This document shows positions 36,753 through 49,186 of a DNA stretch of 64,000 bases, one piece after another; the stretch's first letter is position 1; the number at the start of each line of letters is the position of its first letter. Origin of the DNA: Paecilomyces variotii (lineage: Eukaryota); assembly GCA_004022145.1 (NCBI GenBank), contig RCNU01000005.1. One strand, written 5' to 3'. A program made the translations under genes and the position numbers. The notes beneath the pieces are model-generated. The model made no database searches, was not told the origin of the DNA, and was given only the letters and a program-made list of their open reading frames with translations.

Positions 36753-37541
36753 ATGTCTTACAACACACAAAAGAAACCAGTTGTGGCCGTTGTAGGCGCC
36801 GGGCCTGGAATCGGAGAGGCCGTTGCCCGACGATTCGTGGCCGAAGGCTTCGTCGTCGCTCTCCTGGCCCGTACCGAAGACAAACTCCGGACGATGGTCG
36901 AGGGTATTGATGCCGACTATGGAAAAGGGACGGCGAGATACTATATAACTGACTTGCGAATTGAGGAGTCAGTTATTTCCAGCTTCAAGTCCATCCGTGC
37001 CGACCTGGGTGCCGTGACTGTCTTAGTGTACAATGCCGGTGCACGTCGCGTCAATGGCAGATCAATACTGGATACTACGACCGAGGAATTCGAAAACTTT
37101 ACGAAGATTAATCTGTTCGGTGCTTTCTGGTCCACCAAGTGCGTGTTACCCGACATGCTAGCCGCAGGTCAGGGAACGATTCTGTATACAGGCGCGACAG
37201 GTTCGCTGCGTGGTTCACCCGGACTAAGCAGTTTCTCTCCTGGAAAGTTCGGGTTGCGGTCTCTAGCGCAGATCGTGGCCCGCGAATACCAATCCCAGGG
37301 AATTCACGCGGCACATATCATCATTGACGGTCCAGTGGATGGAAAGTTGATTGGCGGCGTGCGGCGACGGCAATGGCAGCGAGAGGGAGAGACAGCTAAG
37401 TTGGAGGATGTTGAATCCTATCTCGCGCAACCAAAAGATCTGGCTCACATCTACTGGTTTCTGCATACTCAACCGCGAAGTGCCTGGACGCAGGAATTGG
37501 ACGTACGGGCACAGAAGGAGAGTATATACTCGAGGTTGTAA
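36753..37541 (+). CDS. Short-chain dehydrogenase/reductase, intronless, PTS1 (SRL)
   Basis: GAGPGIG cofactor motif, VYNAG, TGATGSLRG, FSPGKFGLRSLAQ, AHIIIDG, QPRSAWTQELDVR; ends ESIYSRL*. Confidence 0.93.
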   Translation: MSYNTQKKPVVAVVGAGPGIGEAVARRFVAEGFVVALLARTEDKLRTMVEGIDADYGKGTARYYITDLRIEESVISSFKSIRADLGAVTVLVYNAGARRVNGRSILDTTTEEFENFTKINLFGAFWSTKCVLPDMLAAGQGTILYTGATGSLRGSPGLSSFSPGKFGLRSLAQIVAREYQSQGIHAAHIIIDGPVDGKLIGGVRRRQWQREGETAKLEDVESYLAQPKDLAHIYWFLHTQPRSAWTQELDVRAQKESIYSRL

Positions 37542-38320
37542 AATGTCTGAGGAATAGGTCAGCCTTTGACCTCCGATTTTTTTTTTTTTTTTGAAAGCTG
37601 TGCGAATAGTCGGAACCATTGGAAGACCACGACTTTGAAGATGTAAATGGAGCCGTACAATGTCTGTTCTGTTTCATGTTTCCAATTATTGTCGTATCTA
37701 GCATTATACAGCATGCTTTATTCCTAGTCAATTAGTATTTAGAGGCGTCCTTTCCGACAAACTTTAGCGAATAATGTCCCAGCGAGCACTTGAACGTTCT
37801 AAATGCTTCAGCTCGGCCCTTCAACCAGGCCGGATATCTTGTATGAAGTCCATTCTGCCAGGTTCGGGAGATTACAGTGAATATACTTGGGGTGCAAGCT
37901 CTTTGATTCATGTCTCTAAAGCCAGCATGGTATCAAGTATGTGATGAGGAATAGTAAAACTGTAAAAGTCTACAGCCCTCGTTCTATTATATATAGCGAG
38001 AAACCACGTTTTCTCTAAAATCTGTGAAACCACCGTTACCAGATGGGTTTTTATGTACGATAAGTTATTCGCGCGGATGCTCTTGGCCCCCAAAGTCCAT
38101 TATTGTATGGTATCGGCTCCGATCCGAAGCGCTCCGAGAACACACCGTGTGACTGACCAAGTAAGCAAGCAGTACAATTCCTCAAAACCCCCAGGTTCCT
38201 CTCAAGGTACATACATACATACAACCAACCATCTCATATATGAAAGAAGGACCTTGATAGTTATCCTTGATAATCTAATCTGCAGATCCAGTAATCAATA
38301 ACTACAACATACATAATAAT

Positions 38321-39274
38321 ATGCCCTCCTCCACACTCTCCACCCTCCGTCTTCCCCGCCTCCCCGGATTTCCCAACCACTATCGCTATGGATCATCTTA
38401 CTCCACAGCACTAACCATCGCATCCGCGTCGCTGCTCACTGCAGTTGGTATCCTCTGCGCACCGGCTGCGTATCGAGACTACAAGAAATACATGTCCTAT
38501 GGACCCGGCGGTCCGCCATACAATGTCTTCGGATGGCTGGCCATCTCCCTCCTGGCACCGCTGCAGCGCGAGATGCTGGATACAGCGGTATATGACCAGG
38601 ACGTGGAAGAGTTAGGAGAAGAGAGGACATGGTTGAAAGACGAAGATTTACCACAGAGAAAGGGACCGAGACCGGAAGTTGGGACGCATGCTGCGCCGCA
38701 GAGGCAGCTTACGCAGACCCCGGAAACGGAGATTAAAGAGGTAGGTTCTAGTTCACTTATTAAGTAATTTCTTTCTATATTTTATCAATCGATATCGTTG
38801 CGCGCAAGAGGACTGACTGTCTGATGAATGCGGATATATTAGAAACTGCTCAAAACCTTCCTCGAGATTCAGTTTAACAATCAAAATATACTGAACATTG
38901 CACCGTCCAATCTGGAAAAACATACATCTGCACTCTTCATCTCCGACCTCGCGCCTCGTCCCAATCCTCTCGTTACTTCGTCCACACGGGGTGAAATCGC
39001 TCATGTCCACGGCACTGCCGAACATTCGGTCCATGTGATCCTTTCGCCTGTGGACAGCAAGAAGGTCATCGAGGCCGGATGGGGCCAGCGTCACTCGCTG
39101 TCGGGCTCTACGGTTTTTCGCAAATTATTCGGGAAGAAAAGGGCAATGTTTATCCCGAATGAGTTTCTCTTGATCTATGCACCGAGGGATGAGGAGGAGA
39201 TTAAAGTTGTGATAAATATCGTAAAGGCAGCAGTGGCGTTTGGAGCGGGAGTGTCGACTGACGAGGTAATCTGA
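38321..39274 (+). CDS. Luciferase-like (DUF5519-type) domain protein with N-terminal membrane anchor, 2 exons
   Basis: DYKKYMSYGPGGPPYNVFGW, LPQRKGPRP, PQRQLTQ, GEIAHVH..EHSVHVILSPVD...GWGQRH.LSG, LIYAPRDEEE; intron 38741-38842. Confidence 0.8.
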
Positions 39275-39646
39275 GCAGTTTGATGTGTCGGGGAGTTCTG
39301 ATTCAGGTGATGAGGTGCAGAACTGGGACGGTGTTAGTTGTCTGGGAGATATATGGATGTACTATATGGGAGGATGTAATGGGATACCCAGTGATAACGG
39401 AGGAGTTTGGCGTCGGGCAAACATATCTGATCATTTAACTTGTCCTTGTGGATGTTTAATAGTCGTGGATATAATCTCATCTCACTTGAAGCTCAATATC
39501 ATCCTCCTGTCTTTACAAGGGTTCATATCATGGATTTACAACATGTCCAGTCTGGTCTAATCGATTCATTCGCCGTTAATACATGCTAGAAAAAGAAAAT
39601 ACAGATCCGAAGTTTAGACCACGGAGTATGGAATAGACACAACAGC

Positions 39647-41245
39647 TTAATGCTCGGACACGAAAATTCCAGCCATTCCCATTCCCTGTTTTAGATAACG
39701 TCAGTGAATGCTTGGTCAAGGATGTAGCGTTGGATCGCGGAGAACTTACCGTTCCAACACACATAGATGTCACAGCAACACGCTTGTTCTGCCTTCGAAG
39801 CTCGGACAGAGCAGTGACAACCTGTCGTGCTCCTGTGCAGCCGAGGGGGTGGCCCAGGGCACTATAATGGTTCTTAGTAAATCGTCCAGCTTATTTTAAG
39901 ATCAGATGAACTCACATTGCACCACCACGGGGGTTAACCTTGCTCTCATCCAGACCGAGCTTGTCGACGCAGTACACGCCCTAAAGAACGGTTAGTTGCT
40001 GAACGACGGGAGTTGAAATATATGGCTAGACAGGCAAAAACACACCATGGAAGCGAAAGCCTCGTTGATCTCATAGATATCCACCTCGTCCTGACTCAGG
40101 TTGTACTTGCTCAGGATCTTCGGGATAGCAATGGAAGGTCCGATACCCATGATACGGGGCTCAAGACCAATGACCGTAGCACCCACAAACTTGCCAACGA
40201 TCGGCTGGCCCAGCTGCTGCGCCCGCGATCGCTTCATCAGGAGCACTGCGGCAGCGCCATCGGTGATCTGACTGGCGTTGCCACCAGTAGTGTTGCTGGG
40301 CGCCCACTGCGGGAAAGCAGCACGGATCTTGCTCAGGCCCTCGGGGGTAGTACCGTATCGGACACCATCATCACGGTTGACAACAACCTCCTTGACCTCG
40401 CCGGTCTTGGGGTCCTTGACCTTGGTTCGTACGGGCACGATTTCCTCGTCAAACCAACCAGCCTTCTGGGCGCGCTCGGCCTTCTGGAAGCTCTTGGCAG
40501 CGAAAGCATCCATCTGCTCACGGCTGATACTGAACTGACCGGCGACGTTCTCTGACGTCTGGCCCATAGGCTGCGTGTTCTGGCCAGCAAGGCGATGTGA
40601 CAGGATGGCGTCAGACATTTTCGGGGCGCCATTGTCGGGACACGTGCTCATGCTCTCAGCTCCAACAGCGATACCGACATCGATAGACCCAGCAATGATC
40701 TGGTTGGCGACATTTTGGATCGCGAGCAGACCGGACGAGCAGAATCGGTTGGATACCGAAGCGGCCGTGCTCTCGGGGAAACCTGCAGCCAGAACAGATG
40801 AGCGAGCGATGTAGGCCGCACTGGGCGACAGAACGTTTCCAACACAGACATCCTCCACCTGGTTGGGGTCAATCTTGGACTTCTCGCGAACAGTCTAGAT
40901 ACGGTCAGACGTGTGTTGCGTAGGAAACTTTTACTGAACAATAAACTCGGGTTTTGCGCACCGTCAGTAGCGAAACAAGCAGATCATCCAACGGGGTATC
41001 CTTCAAGCCCCCCTTGCGAGCCTTGGTAAGCGGTGTTCTCACGGCCAGCGTAATCACCTACTTTTCTGTTAGATCAACCCATCCAATCCGTATCTTTTTT
41101 TCAGAAGCGAGTATATTGCTAAGACGTGGTCGGGACTTACAATATCGTCGGGGTTCTGCGCAAGTATCTTCTGTCTGGCCGCAGATTCGCTAGTGCCAGA
41201 GAGCTGGTTAGCTATGGAGGACAATCTCTGCTGTGCGGACGACAT
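39647..41245 (-). CDS. Peroxisomal 3-ketoacyl-CoA thiolase with PTS2, about 6 exons
   Basis: MSSAQQRLSSIANQL (RLx5QL PTS2); NRFCSSGL active-site Cys, GNASQITDGAAA, EINEAFAS, GHPLGCTG, SMCVGT|GTGMAGIF. Confidence 0.95.
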
Positions 41246-42366
41246 TTTGAAATCTGTATGTAGCTGCCGTGATCTCAAATCCGTGTCTGCCTGCTCGACG
41301 GATAGGACTAGTAAACACAACTGCAGAAGACCGAAACTGCGGGGGCGGGGAGATCCGCTGCAAGATATATATCCTCGAGGTCGATGGCAAAAAAGAAAGA
41401 AACGGATAGATTTTAGGATGGACGGTACTTTAACTAGGGAATCCCCACAGAGCACATGTACAGATCAAAGACTTCTGTCCACCCGACTAGGAACAACCAA
41501 GCAGCCAGTCGGCTCAATAAGACCGAGATAAAACCTCAAGATGCCTAGGTAACGGGCGCTGCGGTATTAACCTGCCGAAAAGCAATGCCGTCCTAGCGAC
41601 GTTACAATACTGTCACCGCTGGTACCTCGGCTGCTCGGAGTGCGCGATCGACTGCGATTTTGAACGCTTTGGGCGATTGAGTTCGGATATCAGAGCGTTA
41701 GCTCAAGGGGCCTTTCTCCACAGCCCTCTATGTTGTGATTAAGTATGCGGCCGATAATTATCGACGATATCAAGGAAACGGGGTAGCCATAAGGACGAAG
41801 GGTAAGAGTAGAAGCCGTCCTTATGTATCTGTATCGCTCAATTTTGAACGACTTCGCGGCGTTTTGTGGAGAACAGCAAGAGGTTGATATACTCTGTGAA
41901 TAGTTATCATCTTGACACCTTCAGGATCACCAAAATGCCCCATGTGGGGCTGTATGGCGTATTACCCCAGAGCAGCCAAAACACCATAAAGAGTTAAGAG
42001 CATGGAGGAGATTCTTATAACCATTCGAAACATCGTAGTACATCAAAGTGCTGTACCGAGATCCGTCTATCACGATACATTTCAAAGTCCCTTCTTTCAA
42101 GTTTCAAGCCACGCAGCGGCAGATGAACACTCCAGCTCCCGACTGCCACTTTGTCCGCGTTTCTCAGACTGTATAACTGAATCTTCTCCCAGACTAAGCT
42201 CCGCAAGAGTGTGGAGGTCGAGTGAGCTTGGAATCTCGGATCAGTGTGTTTCGTGAACGGGAATAAGTCTATCCCGGGCTATTTAATTGATCTCTCATAT
42301 ATCCTGTTGAAGAGAAATATCAAAAATCACAGAAGAGGAGCACAATAGAGACTGAATCTGGACAAA
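41246..42366. promoter_or_regulatory. Divergent promoter (thiolase/acyl-CoA synthetase) with a CCTCGG site and paired CreA-type sites
   Basis: CCTCGG at 41625; tandem GCGGGG (SYGGRG) at 41339 and 41345. Confidence 0.55.
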
Positions 42367-44531
42367 ATGCTTCCCATCGTCGTCGGCGCCACGCCGTCGT
42401 CCGTCGCGATGACATCGGCCTTTGTCGCTGCTGCGGGTGCCTACCTCAACGCCAAGTTGGGTATCTCTACAGATCTGACAAACCTCTACCATGACCGAGA
42501 TTTTGGCAAACGGCTGGCCCAATGTGTCAAAGATCTGGGAGAGTCACAGACCGTATACGGGTTGCTACAGCGAGGTGTCGAGATTCACGGCAAAGGCGCG
42601 TCCGAGGCGCTGTGGTTCGAAGGCAAGACCTGGACATATGCTCAGTTGAAAGACCGTAAGGACACCTCAAATGCCCAGTAGTCCAAAAGATTGATTATTA
42701 TGGCCACTATAGCGACTGATTCATTTACTGACGGGTTCCAGTGGTCGACAAATTTGCTGAGGTGCTCCATGCCCGGGGTGTTCGACCGGGTGATTTCGTC
42801 GCGGTCTTCACAACGAACTCCCCGGAAATGGTTATCTGTATACAAGCACTCTCGAAACTGGGTGCAGTGGCTGCTATGATCAATACCAATCTGCGAGGTA
42901 AGCGAACCGTTGCTGCAGGATCGTGTAAATATTATACTGACCTCTTAATGACTAGACGAGACCTTCCTCCATTGCTTGAACGTCTCCAATGCCAAGTTGA
43001 TCATTGCATCGCCAGATCTGGCCCAGTTTGTTATCGGGGATCAACCGCGCATATCATTGAACATAGGATCGTTTGACGGCATCATTCCTGACACGGCAGA
43101 GCTCATCAGTCTGCAGGACCTTCAGACACAGCCGAGCACGGGTTTAAAGGCTGCGAAACGCTCTATCGTTGATCTGGCTGTTCTTATCTATACATCGGGA
43201 ACGACTGGCATGCCCAAGGCCTGCGCTGTCCCGAACATGCTGATGCTTGTCACGGCGAACCCATTAACACGAGACCTGAGCAATCCGTCCAAGTACTATC
43301 CGATGAGGATATACTCGCCATTGCCCCTTTTTCACGGCACTGCTATGTTCGCTGGAATGTGTTATTCGCTGGGTAACCTGGGGACTTTCTGCTTGCGACG
43401 CAAGTTCTCTTCTTCACAATTCTGGAAGGATGTCCATGACTCGCGCGCGACTCGAATCATGTACATTGGTGAACTGTGCCGGTACTTGCTAGCCACTCCG
43501 CCATCACCATACGACCGCAACCATTCTTGCAGGGTGGCGGCTGGCAATGGTCTACGCGGGGAGATTTGGGAGCGCTTCAAGGAGCGTTTCGGAGTGCCTG
43601 AGATCCGTGAGTTCTACCGCTCGACAGAAGGTGTCGCCAAATACGACAACATGGGGGAAGGCGCCTGGGGTGTTGGCAAGATCGGATTCTCAGGACCCAT
43701 CAGGCGTCTGGTGGAGGACGATGTCATCATCGTCAAGTATGATCCAGAGACCGAGATGCCGTATCGGGATCCGAAAACGGGATTCTGTGTCAAGGCCAAG
43801 TTGAACGAGGAAGGTGAAGCCATTGGCCGGGTCAAGAATCGCGCCCTTTTAACAGAATACTTGGGCAACAAGGAGGCGACGGAGAAGAAGTTGATTCGAA
43901 ATGTCTTCCGGAAAGGAGACCTCTTCCAGCGAAGCGGTGACCTGCTAGTCCATGAATCCTCGGGCTGGATTCGTTTCCAGGACCGCGTGGGGGATACTTT
44001 CCGCTGGAAAGGAGAGAATGTTAGCGCGGGAGAGGTCAGAGATCACATCTGTCGGCTTCCAGGAGTACATGACGCCGTCGTATATGGCGTAAGGCTTCAG
44101 AGGTAAGTATTCACTGCAGCATGATACAGGGCCAGATAGACTAACTGGAGCAGCTATGATGGCCAAGCTGGTGCTGCAGCTATCACACTGGAGAAATGGA
44201 CACCCGAGAGCGAGAGGGAATTTATATCCACTCTCTATAAGGCACTCAGGGCTAAGGGCGTGCCCACCTACGCTATACCTCGTTTTGTCCGGTTTATCGA
44301 AAAGTATGTCACCTTCCCGAAAAGAATCTGCTGTCCAGCGATACTGACAAGGCCTCAAGAGTTTCGACTGGTGTCACCTTCAAGCAAGCAAAAGGCGACC
44401 TGGCCAAGAAAGGATGGGATCCACGAAAAGACGCGGGCGGTGACTCCCTGTACTGGCTGAACGGAAGCCAATATCAACCTCTCGACGAGAGCAGCTGGAC
44501 TGGTATTGAGGCTGGTGCTGCAAAGCTGTAA
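42367..44531 (+). CDS. FATP-family very-long-chain acyl-CoA synthetase (Fat1/CefD1-like) with PTS1 (AKL), 5 exons
   Basis: AMP-binding YTSGTTGMPK, YIGELCRYL, FATP signature DRVGDTFRWKGENVS, YDGQAGAA, PTYAIPRFVR; last exon ends GIEAGAAKL* (TAA 44529-44531). Confidence 0.94.
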
Positions 44532-45658
44532 TGGGTTCCCCAGCATGTGGGTAGAACTTATAAACAGACGGGATCCAGGACGAGTTATAGCTGTAGAGTA
44601 AACGTATATGTACGAAATGCAAATGATCTAATCGCGACAAATATGTCAGGGATATCATTTTAGTCGCTTAATACCGAAGATGCGTGTTTCGTCGAGGGAA
44701 TCGGTCCTCTATGCTTGCTTTCAGCAGACTGCAAGGTTGTAATGCCTTGATAGTTGTGATAAATAGTAGAGGACAGGAAAAGCTCAACATCAACGATGGT
44801 ATTGCAGATAATATTCCAACCACACTTGGAAGTTATCGCGGTTTAAATCGATACTGGACAATGAGGGGTCGAATGTTGATGAGCCGAGGAGTGGCGTGAC
44901 GGAGAAGTTGGTCGATGTCGCTCTTGATAGATAGTCAATTACCGTCAAGCTCAGCAACGAATCAAGCAACTGAGGGTGATATCGCTCAGAATTGATATGA
45001 GATGTACTGTACCTCAAAAGTTAGAGTACCATCTAACAGCTTCACCTTCGAATGCAACCATAATGCCATTGCTATCCAGACCGTTCGAGCCTCGAAGTAA
45101 CCTACCGACCCACTGTTCACGCTATGCGCCACCCGGACTCGACCTTAGATAAAAGAGGGGAGTTCTGTATCAATTAGAAGGCTTTGACCGCGAAACTGCT
45201 AAAAAATGGCCAGAGGATCGCTGCGCCTCCTGCTTCATTCCGCAAAGCGTCCGTTCATAGTTGATCGACAGGGGAAAAACACATTCCGCGCGCCGGCGTG
45301 ACCTCCAATGAGTATGAAGTATGAGATGATTCTTGCTCGAATTACAGAACCATCCGTGTGCTAAAAGATTGCAGGTACCAGGGTCAATCAATGTTCATAA
45401 TGGCCCGGAAATGATCGCATGCAGAGCTGTGCGACCGGAGATAAAACGATGGATTTGATCCTGGTCGCCATGAGCAACCTCAATGATCTACCACCCCTTT
45501 CCATTCCAAGGACCAGCTAGACGTGACATGCCAGGATAACGCCGGCTTGCCATGATCTACTTATATCTATTATCGCCCCCGCACTTGCGGAGAGAGCTGT
45601 TGCTGAGCAGCTTCGCAGTCGCTGTGATTTTGCTCCTTTATCCACCGCCATCGTCAGT

Positions 45659-48388
45659 ATGGCGCTCCGCCATGCGTTGGTGTCATTCGTTTTCTTGACT
45701 CGCTCGTTTGCTGCAAACAACAGCGTTACTGATGATTATGACGTTCTGCAGTATGTTGATACACTGATCGGAACCACCAATGGGGGTAAATCTCTATGTA
45801 ATACATCGACCAGTGGACATATTCTAATCATTATTTCTAGGAGATGTTTTCGCTGGAGCAACACTCCCTTATGGAATGGCCAAAGCTGTAGCTGATACAA
45901 ACTCCCAGTATAACCAAGGCGGTTTCACCTATGATGGGAGTGCAATCACAGGGTTCTCAAACCTGCACGATTCTGGCACGGGAGGAAGTCCTTCTTTAGG
46001 CAATTTCGCGCTCTTCCCCTACGTCAGCTGCGAGAATGATGATGTTGATGGCTGCGTCTATCCAAAGACACGCCGTGCAACGGGCTATGTCAATGGCTCT
46101 GTGGCGGCTGTTCCGGGTTATTTTGGACTCACACTGGACTCTGGAATCGTAGTAGATATGACCGTTGCTCACCATACATCTCTCTTCCGCTTCCGCTTCC
46201 CAGAATCAGGGGACAATGCGAGCAGTCCCCTGATTCTTTTGGATTTGACCGATTTGCAAGACTCTCGACAGGACAATGCTACCATTTCTGTCGACCCGTC
46301 CACAGGGCGCATGCAGGGTAGTGGTCGTTTCCTACCCAGCTTCGGCAGCGGTACTTACGAGGCATTTTTCTGTGCTGATTTTCAGAGCTCATCTGGACTT
46401 CGCGATAACGGCATATTCGTCGACACACGCGCGAGTACTGGCGTCAAAGACTTGAAACTTTCAAGGGGAATCAATGGCTATCCATTACCGGTTCGAAAGC
46501 GCCCTTTCCTTCCGATATCTTTCCTCTGCTAACAGGCGTTTAGGGTGGAGGTTTTGTACGATTTCAGCCTTCTTCTTCTAACACGGTTCTTGCTCGTGTC
46601 GGGCTTAGCTTTATCAGCAGTGAGCAAGCCTGCTCCAATGCTGAATCTGAGATCCCCACGTTCGACTTTAACACCACATATTTCTCCGCTGTCGATGCTT
46701 GGAGACAGAAACTGAGCCCTATCAGAGTGTCGAGGAAAGGTGTCGATCGCTCAATTCTCGTCAACTTCTACAGTGGCATTTACAGAACCATGGTCAACCC
46801 ACAGGACTATACGGGTGAAAACCCGCTCTGGAAGAGTGCTGAGCCATACTTTGATTCATTCTATTGGTGAGTCTCACCCTTTGCTTCATCTAGATATATA
46901 TAACTCTCAGAAAGTTGCACTAACCTCGAACAGTCTCTGGGACTCCTTTCGGTCTCAAATTCCTTTCCTCATCCTCGTAGATCCTCATGCAGTTGCTCGT
47001 ATGATCCGATCTCTTATCGACACGCAGAGGCATCTTGGTTGGCTTCCGGATTGCCGCATGTCACTTTGTAAAGGTAAGTATTGCTCATAATACTGCCTGA
47101 ATTTCAAGTTCGTCGCTAACATTGACCAGGATTCACGCAAGGCGGCTCCAATGCCGACAACGTTCTCGGCGATGCATTTGTGAAGGGACTAACCGATGGT
47201 ATCGACTGGGAAGACGGCTACGCAGCAGTGCAAAAGGATGCTGAAGAGGAACCATACGACTGGTCCAATGAAGGACGAGGTGGTCTAGTCAGTTGGAAGA
47301 GCCTGAACTATATCCCCGAGCAAGATTTCGACTATCTTGGTTTCGGTACCATGACACGGAGTATCTCGCGGACACTAGAATACAGCTATAACGACTATGT
47401 CATTTCGCAAATCGCGCGCGGGCTCAACAAATCTGCAGATGCTGAGAAGTATGAGGCCACTTCGGGATACTGGCAGAACCTCTTCAAGCGGGATCAGAGA
47501 TCATATATCAATGGCCAGGACACCGGGTTCGAGGGCTTCTTTCAGCCCAGGTATCTTAACAAGACATGGGGTTATCAGGTACCTCCAGCCAGCCCCCCAT
47601 ATCAGAATGATCTACACTAAGGAATAAGAACTGACAAAACGATTAGGATCCAATTACATGTTCCAACATCGACACTAGTGGAAGTCCATGCTCCCTTCAG
47701 AACAACGCAGGCGAGACTTTCGAATCCAGCATCTGGGAATATCAATTGTACGAACCTCACACTTTATCCCCTCTCCACCTCAACCTAATCCACTAACAAG
47801 ATAACACCTAGTTTCGTCCCCCACGACATGGCAACTCTAATAACTCTCCTCGGCGGCCCATCCCAATTCGTCAAACGCCTCGACTACCTTCACGACAAAG
47901 GCATAACCTACATCGGCAATGAACCCGCCTTCCTAACCGTCTATCAATATCACTATGCCGGCCGACCAGCCAAATCCGCCCTCCGATCTCACTTCTACAT
48001 CCCCGCCTATTTCCAAACCACTCCAGGCGGTCTACCAGGAAACGACGACTCGGGCGCCATGGGCTCTTTCGTGGCCATGTCTATGATGGGCCTATTCCCT
48101 AATCCCGGTCAGAGCGTGTACCTTATCATACCACCATATTTCGAATCTGTCCAGATCACGTCCCCTCTCACCAATCGCACAGCCACTGTTAGGGTGAGGA
48201 ATTTTGATCCGTCTTATACAAATGTGTACATTCAGTCTGCGACGCTGAATGGGAAACCGTATACGAAGAATTGGGTAGATCATAGCTTCTTTACGGAGGG
48301 TATGGAGTTGGTGCTTACCCTGGGGAGGAACGAGAGCTCCTGGGGAACCAGGCAGGAGGATTTGCCTCCTTCGTTGTCGACGAGATGA
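45659..48388 (+). CDS. Secreted GH92 alpha-1,2-mannosidase, multi-exon
   Basis: Signal peptide; GATLPYGMAK, HDSGTGG, WDSFR, TQGGSNAD, SRTLEYSYND, GNEP, GLPGNDDSGAM motifs. Confidence 0.93.
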
Positions 48389-49186
48389 ATGGTTTACGTA
48401 TATGATAATCAGATTCCCCACCTTCTTTTGTGTATGGGTAATTTAAGAATATGCAATAATGATATTCAGAATGAGTTTAAGAGATGCCTCACACCGTAGT
48501 ACACCGTTAAGGAACTTCGTCTATAGGATTTTTGCCGAGCCAAGAATGATTTCTTATGGGTAATTGCTATTCAGCATAATCGTATCGACTGAGTTTTATA
48601 GTGACTATCTCAAATATACAGTACATAAAATTGCACATCCTGCGCATGAAGGGTATCGGTACCGAGGATAAAAAGACATGATCAACAGCTAATCTGATGA
48701 TTGAAATGAGTTCAGAGTAATGGTTTCCCAGCACGGACATTGGCTGAAGATGCGGGTTAGAAGTTGTGTTGGGAGAAGGTATCCCTTAGTTTGTGCATAC
48801 AGTTGACACTGGAGAGAGCACACCAGTAGCAGCCCCCCTAATCCTATGAAGGACGATTTGTGGGGAATCCCCACATATTTTTGCCCTGCTCGTGGTTGTA
48901 ACCGAAAAGGGGAGATTTGATGTAGGGCATCGTTGTTGGATCGTAGCGGCTAACACCACTTGCTCCTGAGTAGGACCATGGGAAGAATAGGACCCGGGCA
49001 CGGATGAAGGATAAAGACCCTTAGACCCCGTTGTGACCGAAGGCATCCCTTCTGGTCGAATTGATAATGCTTAAGTAAATGTAGGATTTAGAGGGCGTAA
49101 CTTTTCGGATGCCTGTTGTATCGTCTGCCTTGTTGTGACAAAACGGCGATGCAATAGACGCAAATCGCCACACTGAGAAAGACAGC

